This document shows positions 27,547 to 36,024 of a DNA stretch of 39,537 bases, piece after piece. The stretch comes from Gemmatimonadota bacterium (GTDB taxonomy: Bacteria > Gemmatimonadota > Gemmatimonadetes > Gemmatimonadales > GWC2-71-9). The stretch's first letter is position 1; every line of letters starts with the position of its first letter. The notes beneath the pieces were generated by a model that searched no databases, was not told the DNA's origin, and worked only from the letters and a program-made list of their open reading frames with translations. Both the position numbers and the translations under genes were made by a program. Location of the stretch: assembly GCA_020346845.1 (NCBI GenBank), contig CP070792.1, forward strand, positions 2,939,155 through 2,978,691, in the 5' to 3' direction.

Positions 27547-28284
27547 ATGTCCTCGGTGCTCTCTGGCCCACCAGAACAGGTCACAGATAGCGAAAAGCGT
27601 TCGTACGTTCGCGACATGTTCACTGCGATTGCACCTCGCTACGACCTCCTGAACCACGTGCTCAGTCTGAACATCGACAGACGGTGGAGACGCCGTGCCA
27701 TCGAACGATTGGATTGGCAGCGATCGCCCGACGGCCTGTATCTGGATCTTTGTGCCGGGACGCTAGACCTGGCGGCTGAGCTTGGGAGCCGCCCGGGGTT
27801 CACCGGTCGCATTGTTGGCGCCGATTTCGTCGTGCCCATGCTCCAACTCGGGCGAGGCAAGGCGACTGGCATCCACCCCGTCGGCGGGGACGCGCTCAAC
27901 CTCCCGTTTCCTGCAGGGTGTTTTGACGGCTGTACTGTTGGGTTCGGGATCAGGAACCTGGCAGATATCGATGCCGGTCTGACCGAAATCGCGCGGGTGC
28001 TCAAGCCCGGAGGCCGCCTCATTGTCTTGGAATTTTCAACGCCCACATCCTGGCCCACCAGGCCGCTATATCTGTTTTACTTTCGACACGTTCTTCCGTT
28101 TATCGGTCGTGTGGTGTCCAAACATATGACCGCATACAGTTACCTGCCAGATTCAGTTGCCGGTTTTCCCGATAATGACGGCTTTACCAGACAGATGAGC
28201 GGCGCTGGATTCGATAACGTGGGTTTCGAGCAATTGACGCTTGGCGTCGCATCTCTCTATTCGGGAGTCGCCCGTGGCAAATGA
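27547..28284 (+). CDS. ubiE: Demethylmenaquinone/ubiquinone C-methyltransferase
   Basis: 245-aa ORF. UbiE/MenG motifs are present (VRDMFTAIAPRYDLLNHVLSLNIDRRWRR, SAM motif LDLCAGTLDLA, LKPGGRLIVLEFS). Confidence 0.9.
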   Translation: MSSVLSGPPEQVTDSEKRSYVRDMFTAIAPRYDLLNHVLSLNIDRRWRRRAIERLDWQRSPDGLYLDLCAGTLDLAAELGSRPGFTGRIVGADFVVPMLQLGRGKATGIHPVGGDALNLPFPAGCFDGCTVGFGIRNLADIDAGLTEIARVLKPGGRLIVLEFSTPTSWPTRPLYLFYFRHVLPFIGRVVSKHMTAYSYLPDSVAGFPDNDGFTRQMSGAGFDNVGFEQLTLGVASLYSGVARGK

Positions 28285-29770
28285 CAACCTGCGTGATTTT
28301 GTATTGGCGTTGGAAGAAAGGAATGAGTTGATCCGTGTTGACCGGCCCGTGTCCGTAGTGCATGAGATTACCGAGATAGCGGACAGGTGTATGAAGAGTG
28401 CTGGAGGCGGTCCAGCCGTCTTGTTCGAAAAGCCAGTGCTTGCTAGCGGTGAGACCTGTTCAATTCCAGTAGTCATCAATCTGTTTGGGTCCATGAGCCG
28501 TATGAGCCTTGCGCTCGGCGTTGAAGAACTAGATGACATAGCCCGGCGCATCGATGGGTTGATCAAGCTCAAGGTGCCTGAGGGATGGCGCGAGAAGCTG
28601 TCACTCTTGCCCAAGATCGCTGAGATCGCCAAGTACCCGCCGCGCACGCTGGCTCGTCGCGCGCCCTGCCAGCAGGTAGTGTTGCAGGGCTCCGAAATCA
28701 ACTTGCAAGACCTACCAGTCATCACTTGTTGGCCCGAAGATGGCGGCCCCTACATCACGTTGCCCCAGGTCGTGACGCGAGACCCTAGGACAGGGGTGCG
28801 GAATGTCGGTATGTACAGAGTTCAGGTCTTGGATAAGGACTTGTGTGCCATGCATTGGCAGCGACACAAGGTTGGTGCGGCGCATTGGCGTGAGATGGCA
28901 GCACGTGGTGAGAAGATGCCGGTCGCCATCGTGTTGGGCGGCGATGCTCCATCCATCTACTCCGCGTCGGCGCCGCTGCCTCCCAATATCGACGAATACG
29001 TATTCGCCGGATTCTTGCGCAGCAAGCCGGTCGCAATGACGAAGGCCGTAACAAGTGATCTCAAGGTGCCCGCGGAGGCCGAGCTAGTGATTGAGGGGTT
29101 CATCGATCCGGCGGAGGATCTGGTTGTCGAAGGTCCGTTTGGCGACCATACCGGTTACTACTCGCTAGCCGATCACTATCCTGCGGTCCATGTGACTGCA
29201 ATAACGCATCGTGAGGACCCGATCTATCCAACCACGATCGTGGGACGGCCGCCGATGGAAGATTACTATCTGGGGCATGCCACCGAACGCATCTTTCGTC
29301 CCTTGCTCACATTGAACCTACCTGAGGTTGTGGATTATCACATGCCGGCAGCCGGCGTATTTCACAACCTCGTTTTTGTCAGCATCGACAAGCAGTATCC
29401 TGGACATGCTTGGAAGGTCATGAACGGGCTTTGGGGGCTGGGGCTGATGTCCCTGGCCAAGGTGATTGTAGTCGTTGACGCGAACGTCAACGTACGTGAT
29501 CCAGATGAGGCGTGGTGGGTCATATTGAACAACATTGATCCTGAACGTGATGTGAGATTCACGATGGGACCGGTTGATGTGCTCGATCATGCATCGCGTG
29601 CTTTCACCTACGGCTCCAAGATGGGTATCGATGCAACCACCAAGTGGGTGGAGGAGGGCTTCGATCGCGAGTGGCCGAAGCTCATCGAGATGGATGATGA
29701 TACCAAACAACGAGTCGATGAGATGTGGAGTGAACTTGGAATCGAGTTAAAACCCAAGGACCACGCATGA
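28274..29770 (+). CDS. UbiD-family prenyl-FMN-dependent decarboxylase
   Basis: I prefer GTG 28274 (product begins ANDNLRDFVLALEERNELIRV, the usual UbiD N-terminus) over the track TTG at 28241. That start overlaps the ubiE stop by 11 nt. UbiD core segments are present (RNVGMYRVQV, WQRHKVGA, EGPFGDHTGYY). Confidence 0.9.
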   Translation: MANDNLRDFVLALEERNELIRVDRPVSVVHEITEIADRCMKSAGGGPAVLFEKPVLASGETCSIPVVINLFGSMSRMSLALGVEELDDIARRIDGLIKLKVPEGWREKLSLLPKIAEIAKYPPRTLARRAPCQQVVLQGSEINLQDLPVITCWPEDGGPYITLPQVVTRDPRTGVRNVGMYRVQVLDKDLCAMHWQRHKVGAAHWREMAARGEKMPVAIVLGGDAPSIYSASAPLPPNIDEYVFAGFLRSKPVAMTKAVTSDLKVPAEAELVIEGFIDPAEDLVVEGPFGDHTGYYSLADHYPAVHVTAITHREDPIYPTTIVGRPPMEDYYLGHATERIFRPLLTLNLPEVVDYHMPAAGVFHNLVFVSIDKQYPGHAWKVMNGLWGLGLMSLAKVIVVVDANVNVRDPDEAWWVILNNIDPERDVRFTMGPVDVLDHASRAFTYGSKMGIDATTKWVEEGFDREWPKLIEMDDDTKQRVDEMWSELGIELKPKDHA

Positions 29771-30666
29771 CAGCGCCGCGTCTCGATGGCCAGACCTTGG
29801 TGGGCAAATCCTATCTGGTCGGCTACGCCAACTTCGTGAAGCTGCCGCACACCGTGTTCGCGTTGCCGTTCGCGCTGCTTGGGGTCGTGTACGCCTCGTG
29901 GACGGCACCGATCTCACTGCGCCAAGTCGCTCTCGTGGTCATTGCTTTTACAGCGGCTCGCTTTGCTGCAATGGGTTTCAACAGGATCGTAGATCGACAT
30001 ATCGACGGTATCAATCCGCGCACGCAGGCCCGGGAGCTGCCCGCCGGCAAACTGTCCAAAGGTCAGGCCGCATCTGCCGTGGTGCTTTCGGCGGTCTTGT
30101 TCGTGCTCTGTGCCGGCATGTTGAATCCGTTGTGCCTCATGCTCAGCCCGCTCGCTCTAGCGTGGACACTGGTGTACAGCTATACCAAGCGCTTCACGAG
30201 CTGGTCGCACTTGTGGCTTGGTACCGCCTTGGCTATTGCACCGGTTGGTGGATATCTGGCAATCACGGGTTCGTGGAGCTCACCTTGGTGGACGCTCGCA
30301 GCCCTCGCCATCGCCGTACTCACGTGGGTCGGCGGGTTTGACATCTTTTACGCGCTGCAGGATGAGGATTTCGATAGGGAGCACGGGTTGCACAGCGCGG
30401 TTGTTCTGCTCGGAAAGACCCGCAGTATACTCGTTGGCAAAGCGTTGCATGGTGTGACCATCTTGGGCCTGCTTGCGTTTGGATTCGGTGTCGGGCTCGG
30501 TATCATCTACTACCTCGGCGTGGCAGTCGCCGCGGTCTTGCTCGCGTGGGAACATTACTTGGTTAGACCTAAGGACCTCAGTCGGCTTGATGCCGCTTTT
30601 TTCAAGATGAACGGCATTATCTCAATTGTGGTGTTCTTGGGTTCCCTGGGAGATAGACTCTTATGA
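29767..30666 (+). CDS. UbiA-family aromatic polyprenyltransferase
   Basis: 299-aa polytopic ORF. Its start overlaps the UbiD-like stop (ATGA). It has the Asp-rich motifs NRIVDRHIDGINPRT and YALQDEDFD. Confidence 0.88.
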   Translation: MTAPRLDGQTLVGKSYLVGYANFVKLPHTVFALPFALLGVVYASWTAPISLRQVALVVIAFTAARFAAMGFNRIVDRHIDGINPRTQARELPAGKLSKGQAASAVVLSAVLFVLCAGMLNPLCLMLSPLALAWTLVYSYTKRFTSWSHLWLGTALAIAPVGGYLAITGSWSSPWWTLAALAIAVLTWVGGFDIFYALQDEDFDREHGLHSAVVLLGKTRSILVGKALHGVTILGLLAFGFGVGLGIIYYLGVAVAAVLLAWEHYLVRPKDLSRLDAAFFKMNGIISIVVFLGSLGDRLL

Positions 30667-31250
30667 GTGATCCGTGGACGTTTGCGATTACCGGCGCCTC
30701 GGGTGCTCCTTACGCGGTCCGCTTGCTCGAGGTCCTCGCAAGAGCAAAGCTGCCGGTTCACCTGGTGGTGAGCGGGCACGGATGGCGTCTGCTTGCTACA
30801 GAAGCAGGTATCAGCAGTGAGCCGGAGCTGAAACAGGTAACTGGAGGTGATTGGTCGTCCATCCGGGTGTTCGATGATGGTGACAGAGGGGCAATACCGG
30901 CATCAGGGTCGGCCAAGAGTGCGGGCATGGTAATCTGCCCGTGCTCCATGGGAACTGTGGCCGCGGTTGCTCACGGTACGAGCCGTTCGCTCGTCGAGCG
31001 GGCGGCAGATGTGGCTCTCAAGGAGCGCCGCTCACTGATACTGGTGCCCCGGGAGACCCCGCTTTCATTGATCCACTTGCGGAACTTGACCGCCGCAACC
31101 GAGGCAGGCGCAACTGTTATCCCGGCCGCACCGGGTTTCTACAACAAGCCTGCATCCATAGACGATCTAGTCGACTTTGTCGTGCAGCGCGTGCTGGACC
31201 ACATGGGATTAGCGGCCGACCTAGTACCCCGGTGGGATGGCGGAAACTGA
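30663..31250 (+). CDS. ubiX: Flavin prenyltransferase (prenyl-FMN synthase)
   Basis: 195-aa ORF. Its start overlaps the UbiA-like stop (ATGA). Motifs include ITGASGAPYAVRLLEVL, ICPCSMGTVAAVAHG and PRETPLSLIHLRN. Confidence 0.92.
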   Translation: MSDPWTFAITGASGAPYAVRLLEVLARAKLPVHLVVSGHGWRLLATEAGISSEPELKQVTGGDWSSIRVFDDGDRGAIPASGSAKSAGMVICPCSMGTVAAVAHGTSRSLVERAADVALKERRSLILVPRETPLSLIHLRNLTAATEAGATVIPAAPGFYNKPASIDDLVDFVVQRVLDHMGLAADLVPRWDGGN

Positions 31251-31725
31251 GGTGCGACTCGGCGTCATCGCTGACACACACGGAAGACTGCACTCGCAGG
31301 TGTTTGACGTGTTCGCCGAGGTCGACCACATCATACATGCGGGAGACATCGGGCCGGCCGATCTAATTACGGAACTTCAGGCGCTGGCACCAGTTACGGC
31401 CGTATATGGCAACACCGATGGCTTCGATGTGCGGACATGGTTGCCGCAGGTGGCTCGCTTCGAGCTCGATGGCTTCATCATCGTGGTCACACATGGAGAT
31501 CAGTTCGCGTCGCCTGGACCAATGGTGCTGCACGAGTCCTACCCGGACGCAGAGATAATCGTATACGGCCACACGCACCGTGCGCTGCTCGAGTTGGTGG
31601 ACAGAACGGTGACGGTGATGAACCCGGGATCAGCGGGCGCAGACCGCTCCGGTCAGGGGGCAACTGTTGGCATCATGGAGTTGGAGCCGGGCATACCACC
31701 GAGAGCACGGATCGTGCAGCTATAG
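31237..31725 (+). CDS. YfcE/MJ0936-type metallophosphoesterase
   Basis: 162-aa ORF whose ATG lies 14 nt inside the 3' end of ubiX. It carries the metallophosphoesterase motifs (GVIADTHG, HAGDIG, GNTDG, VTHGD, YGHTH). Confidence 0.85.
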   Translation: MAETEVRLGVIADTHGRLHSQVFDVFAEVDHIIHAGDIGPADLITELQALAPVTAVYGNTDGFDVRTWLPQVARFELDGFIIVVTHGDQFASPGPMVLHESYPDAEIIVYGHTHRALLELVDRTVTVMNPGSAGADRSGQGATVGIMELEPGIPPRARIVQL

Positions 31726-32700
31726 TCCGCGAGACACCACCAGGAATATCATGTACGCGGCAAAGCCGGCGAGAAGTATGACGCCGTCAAATCTGCCCAC
31801 CCGTCTTCCAAACCACATCAACGGAAACATAGCTGCGCAGAACCCTAGCATGACCCAGTTGTCTATTGATGCCGCTGCGGGGTGAATCGGTACAGGGAAT
31901 ATCACGGCGGTTGCGCCTAGCACTCCCAGCAGATTGAATAGGTTGGACCCGATCACATTCGCCAGCGCAATCTCATGCTCCCCCTCGCGGGCTGCTACAG
32001 CGCTAGTGGCCAGCTCGGGTAGGCTCGTGCCCATGGCGACAACCGTCAGGCCTATGATCCGCTCCGGCACACCCCAGATCTCCGCTATCTTGATTGCGCC
32101 TCTGACGATCTGATCGGCACCGCCGACCAGGGCGGCTATGCCTACTACCACGAGCAGTGCATAGACACCCCAAGCGCGCCGCTCACTTCCCTTGATGTTC
32201 GCTGTTCTCCTCACCTCGCGGTCCAGGGCCGCGGCCTCGCTCTCGTCGACCTCACGCTGTGCCAGGTACACTACATAGACTGTGAACAGCACGAGGAGAA
32301 TCACGAGAAAGGCGCCCTCAAGTCGATCGATCTGTGCGTCACGGCAGAGGAGTAAGACGACGCAAGCAACCGAGAACATGAAGGGATATTCCAGACGTAA
32401 CGTCTGGAGCTTCACGACCATTGGGGCGATCACCGCCGAGACACCCAGGATCATTCCAATGTTGAAGATCGTGGAACCGATGATGTTGCCGTACGCCAAG
32501 TCGGTGCTCCCGTGGGCTGCCGCACGCATACTCACGGCCAACTCTGGTAGGCTGGTACCCATTGCTACCACTGTGAGTCCCACAACGGCGGTTGACACCC
32601 GGGCAAGTATGGCGATTCGCGTTGCACCCCTTACGAGATAGTGCCCCCCTCCCAGGAGAAGGGCCAATCCCAGTAATAGCTGTAGCACGGCGAGAAGCAT
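31720..32700 (-). CDS. Ca2+/Na+ antiporter (CaCA family, YrbG-like)
   Basis: 326-aa polytopic ORF. It has the two alpha-repeat signatures GTSLPELAVS and GTSLPELATS. Confidence 0.9.
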   Translation of the reverse strand: MLLAVLQLLLGLALLLGGGHYLVRGATRIAILARVSTAVVGLTVVAMGTSLPELAVSMRAAAHGSTDLAYGNIIGSTIFNIGMILGVSAVIAPMVVKLQTLRLEYPFMFSVACVVLLLCRDAQIDRLEGAFLVILLVLFTVYVVYLAQREVDESEAAALDREVRRTANIKGSERRAWGVYALLVVVGIAALVGGADQIVRGAIKIAEIWGVPERIIGLTVVAMGTSLPELATSAVAAREGEHEIALANVIGSNLFNLLGVLGATAVIFPVPIHPAAASIDNWVMLGFCAAMFPLMWFGRRVGRFDGVILLAGFAAYMIFLVVSRGL

Positions 32701-32784
32701 CGGCCACCCAATGTCCCTTCTAATCTGTCATATGAGCCGTTGCTGTTACTGAGACATAGTAACGCCCCACGGCTCCAATGCAAT

Positions 32785-33891
32785 TCAGTGGTTGCTCATA
32801 GCATGTTGACCGTCGAGCCATGCATCGAACGGAACCGTACGGTTCAGCGCGGAAGGATGACGACGAAACCACATGAGCAGAAGCATCATTTCGTCTATCG
32901 ATTCGCTGGGAATGGAGCCCAACAGCGGCTCTGCGGCAATGTTTTGAGATACAAGCGCCCGGAACGCTTCCCGTTCGATGGGTGAATGTGGGGCGGGTGC
33001 TGACGCCCGCACTGTGGCATTCCGTATGATGTAAGCCCGGTCATCACCATACGTACCGGGATCGGTATATACAAAACTGAGCGACGCTATGGCTGCACGA
33101 GACCTTACCGCAGATGAGAGCAGCCATTCGAGCCGGTCGAACCTATCACGCCACCGCGCTGCAAGCTCGAACTCGTTGCTCTCGCTCGCAGCTGCCATCC
33201 GTTCAACGACGTGGTTCAATGGCTCGATAGTCTGTGCCTCGAGAAAGGCAACCGCCGTCTTGAGACGACTGTTGTAGCTCTTCTCTGTTACAAAACCACC
33301 GCACGGCGCCGTACACTGACCAAAGTCATGTCGTAGGCACGCAGCCTGTCCCGCTGACCCAAACAGGTCACCTTGTTCCTGAAAAACGATCGGCATCTTG
33401 AGCGAACAGTCACGCAGGCCCATCAGGTCGTTCAGGACTCGAACCCCTTGCCGTAAGCGACCGACGCTGGTGAACGGTCCGTAGTGCTGAGTGCCGTCGG
33501 GGCCGGGAGAGGTGCCAACGTATATCTTGGGAGCTACACCAGTGGAGATCTTGATGAAGCCCACGCGGCGGCTCCTGTTCATCCGAACGTTGAACACCGG
33601 TTTGAAACGACGGATCTGCCGCAGCTCGTTCAACAAAGCAGCGAACTCTGAAGGCGCGTTGTCCCATTCTATCTCTGCGGTAGCATTCAGAATGCGAGCA
33701 GCCTTGTCTTCGGGATAGCTGGCCCGGAAATACGACAGAAGGCGATTTCGGAGTCGTTTCGCCTTGCCAACGTAGATGACCCTGCCATAGGGGTCGAGCA
33801 TGCGGTAGACTGCGGGCCGGTTCTCTGCAAGGGCGTCGACTCTACGACGGAGATGGCTCAGGTCGGTCAGGGGGAGCGCCAGTGTTGCCAA
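32785..33891 (-). CDS. UvrC N-terminal-half paralogue (GIY-YIG nuclease + Cys motif + UVR-like helix; Cho-like)
   Basis: 368-aa ORF with a TTG start. The GIY-YIG domain reads VYRMLDPYGRVIYVGKAKRLRNRLLSYF...EIEW...NELRQIRRFKPVFN. A UvrC-type Cys cluster is present (CLRHDFGQCTAPC). A UVR-like helix follows (FELAARWRDRFDRLEWL). The length is well short of the roughly 600 aa of full UvrC. I cannot see a C-terminal endonuclease or HhH part. Confidence 0.75.
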   Translation of the reverse strand: MATLALPLTDLSHLRRRVDALAENRPAVYRMLDPYGRVIYVGKAKRLRNRLLSYFRASYPEDKAARILNATAEIEWDNAPSEFAALLNELRQIRRFKPVFNVRMNRSRRVGFIKISTGVAPKIYVGTSPGPDGTQHYGPFTSVGRLRQGVRVLNDLMGLRDCSLKMPIVFQEQGDLFGSAGQAACLRHDFGQCTAPCGGFVTEKSYNSRLKTAVAFLEAQTIEPLNHVVERMAAASESNEFELAARWRDRFDRLEWLLSSAVRSRAAIASLSFVYTDPGTYGDDRAYIIRNATVRASAPAPHSPIEREAFRALVSQNIAAEPLLGSIPSESIDEMMLLLMWFRRHPSALNRTVPFDAWLDGQHAMSNH

Positions 33892-33926
33892 TTAGGCAGC
33901 CCTGCTAGATGATCTACGTATTAGTC

Positions 33927-34763
33927 TCAGTCGCTGCGATCCTGGCAGCGCCAACAAAACGTGGTGGCGCGACCATCGATGTCGTGTGTGGTGACTAGAC
34001 GTGTCGCACACCTCACGCACGGTTCGCCGGTACGGCCGTACACTTGAAGCAGTGATTGGAATGAGCCGCTCTCGTCTGTTCCGGTTCTGTAATCTCGAAT
34101 CGTGGTCCCGTTTGCCTCGATCGCTTCCAGCAATACGGACCGCACTTCCCCGTACAGCCTTACGAGTTCGTCCTGCCTGAGACGATTCGCGGGCCGGGAT
34201 GGGTCGACTCTCGCTCGGAACAGAGCTTCGTTCGCGTAGATGTTGCCAACACCGGCGATGCGCTTTTGGTCCATCAGGACCTTCTTTATCGCCTGGCGGC
34301 TGCCACTCATCCGCTTAGCGAACTGTTGTACATCGAAATCGTCTTCCAAAGGCTCTGGGCCGATGCTATCAGTATAGGCATGCCACTGCCGCTCATCCAA
34401 GAGCCAGATTGTGCCCAGCCGCCGAACATCGCGGTACATGAATGTCGCGCCCCCGCCCAGGCTGAGTAGCAGCACCGCGTACTTGCGGTCCTCTTGGGTC
34501 AGACGTCGCCTGTACACGGTGAGAACTCCGGTCATCCGGGGCTGGATAACCATTCGCAGGCCACTGTCCAGCTCGAATACGGCATGCTTGGCCCGGCGGC
34601 GGACAGAAGCGACTCTGTGGCCGTTGAGCGAAGCCAGGAGTCGCTTCCGGCTTACCTTGCGAAGGACATCGGTCTTGAGGAGGCGTGGGTTCTTTAGGGT
34701 GTGGCCAGTGAGCTGAGGTGCCAGGTCACGGACTATTGTCTCGACCTCAGGCAGCTCCGGCAC
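33927..34763 (-). CDS. mutM: Formamidopyrimidine-DNA glycosylase
   Basis: 278-aa ORF with a GTG start. The N-terminus PELPEVETI carries the catalytic Pro2/Glu3. An H2TH region is present. The C-terminal zinc finger reads CVRCATRL...FCWRCQ. The start overlaps the purD 3' end by 17 nt. Confidence 0.93.
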   Translation of the reverse strand: MPELPEVETIVRDLAPQLTGHTLKNPRLLKTDVLRKVSRKRLLASLNGHRVASVRRRAKHAVFELDSGLRMVIQPRMTGVLTVYRRRLTQEDRKYAVLLLSLGGGATFMYRDVRRLGTIWLLDERQWHAYTDSIGPEPLEDDFDVQQFAKRMSGSRQAIKKVLMDQKRIAGVGNIYANEALFRARVDPSRPANRLRQDELVRLYGEVRSVLLEAIEANGTTIRDYRTGTDESGSFQSLLQVYGRTGEPCVRCATRLVTTHDIDGRATTFCWRCQDRSD

Positions 34764-36024
34764 GCGCTACCTCGCGCCAGGCGATATCGCGGCGGAAGAC
34801 CTTGCCCTCGAAGTCGACGGCCTCAGCCAGGGATTGGCTCCGGGCCAGCGCTTCCGTCACGTCCACTCCGAGACCGGTCGCACATAGGACCCTCCCGCCG
34901 GACGTCCTCAGCACGCCGTCTGCATCAAGGGACGTTCCAGCATGAAACAACAGGCTGTCGGGTGGCAATTCCTCCGGGATTGTGATTGCTGCGCCTTTCA
35001 CAGGGGCCGCTGGGTATCCAGGTGACGCCAGTACAGTCGTTACGGCTGCTCTGCTGGACGCATATCGGAGATCGTCGGGCGTCCAGTTCTCACCCGACGC
35101 TATGCGCCAGAGGTGGTCCGTGAGATCGGTGTCGAGCACGGGCAGTACCACCTGCGCTTCCGGGTCGCCGATGCGGCAGTTGAATTCCAATACCCAGGGC
35201 TTGCCCTTGGCATCTATCATCAGGCCGGCGTAGAGGATGCCTCTGTACGGAGTTCCCATCTCTGCCATCTTCGCCAGCACGGGTTTCATGACGTCGTTCA
35301 GTGCCTGGTCCAGCAACTCGGGCCCTGCTATGGAAACCGGTGCGTAGGCGCCCATCCCGCCGGTGTTGGGCCCCGTGTCGCCCTCGCCCAACCTCTTGTG
35401 GTCCTGAGACGACGGTAGCAGCATCACCTCCTCGCCGTCAGTCAGAGCTATCACAGAGAGTTCCTCACCCTGTAGACACTCCTCTACCAAGATGAGGTCG
35501 CCGGCCGAGCCGAACTTGCCAGCGAGCATCTCCCGAGCTGTTGTCTTCGCGGTCTCTCTGTCGGGGCACACGACTGCTCCTTTCCCGGCGGCGAGTCCGG
35601 ACGCCTTGACAACCAGTGGCTCAGGGTGCGTAGCGATGTAGTCGATGGCCTCCTTTGCGTCGGTGAATTGCTCGCCAGCGGCAGTTGCTACACCAGCCGC
35701 CACCATGATGTCCTTGGCAAAAGCTTTGGACGATTCGAGCTGTGCCGCCTTGGCGTCGGGTCCAAATACGTGAAGACCTTCAGCTACTAGCCTGTCGACC
35801 AGCCCCTCCGCCAAGGGCGCTTCCGGGCCGATCACAGTGAGATCTATCTGGTTTTCTCGGATTGCAGCCACTACAGCGTCATGGTCGCTTGGGCTGATGG
35901 GAAGGTTTGTGCCGATGTTGTGTGTGCCGGGGTTACCTGGGGCACAGAATACCGTCGCTGAGCGGGAGAGGGCCCAGCAGATGGTGTGCTCGCGGCCCCC
36001 TCCCCCTACAACCAGGATCTTCAC
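34747..36024 (-). CDS. purD: Phosphoribosylamine--glycine ligase
   Basis: 425-aa ORF. Its GTG start overlaps the M48 stop (GTGA). Motifs include KILVVGGGGREH, an ATP-grasp core, and GDTGPNTGGMGAY. Confidence 0.96.
   Translation of the reverse strand: MKILVVGGGGREHTICWALSRSATVFCAPGNPGTHNIGTNLPISPSDHDAVVAAIRENQIDLTVIGPEAPLAEGLVDRLVAEGLHVFGPDAKAAQLESSKAFAKDIMVAAGVATAAGEQFTDAKEAIDYIATHPEPLVVKASGLAAGKGAVVCPDRETAKTTAREMLAGKFGSAGDLILVEECLQGEELSVIALTDGEEVMLLPSSQDHKRLGEGDTGPNTGGMGAYAPVSIAGPELLDQALNDVMKPVLAKMAEMGTPYRGILYAGLMIDAKGKPWVLEFNCRIGDPEAQVVLPVLDTDLTDHLWRIASGENWTPDDLRYASSRAAVTTVLASPGYPAAPVKGAAITIPEELPPDSLLFHAGTSLDADGVLRTSGGRVLCATGLGVDVTEALARSQSLAEAVDFEGKVFRRDIAWREVARAGAA

Noticed and set aside
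32745-32763. Palindromes considered as operator sites: GTTACT-N7-AGTAAC upstream of the antiporter gene, and CCTAGCTAGG at 37053-37062 upstream of the M48 gene.
   Set aside because: Palindromes with 5-6 bp arms are expected by chance at this sequence length (about 39 perfect 10-bp palindromes expected). They match no known box that I can name with confidence.
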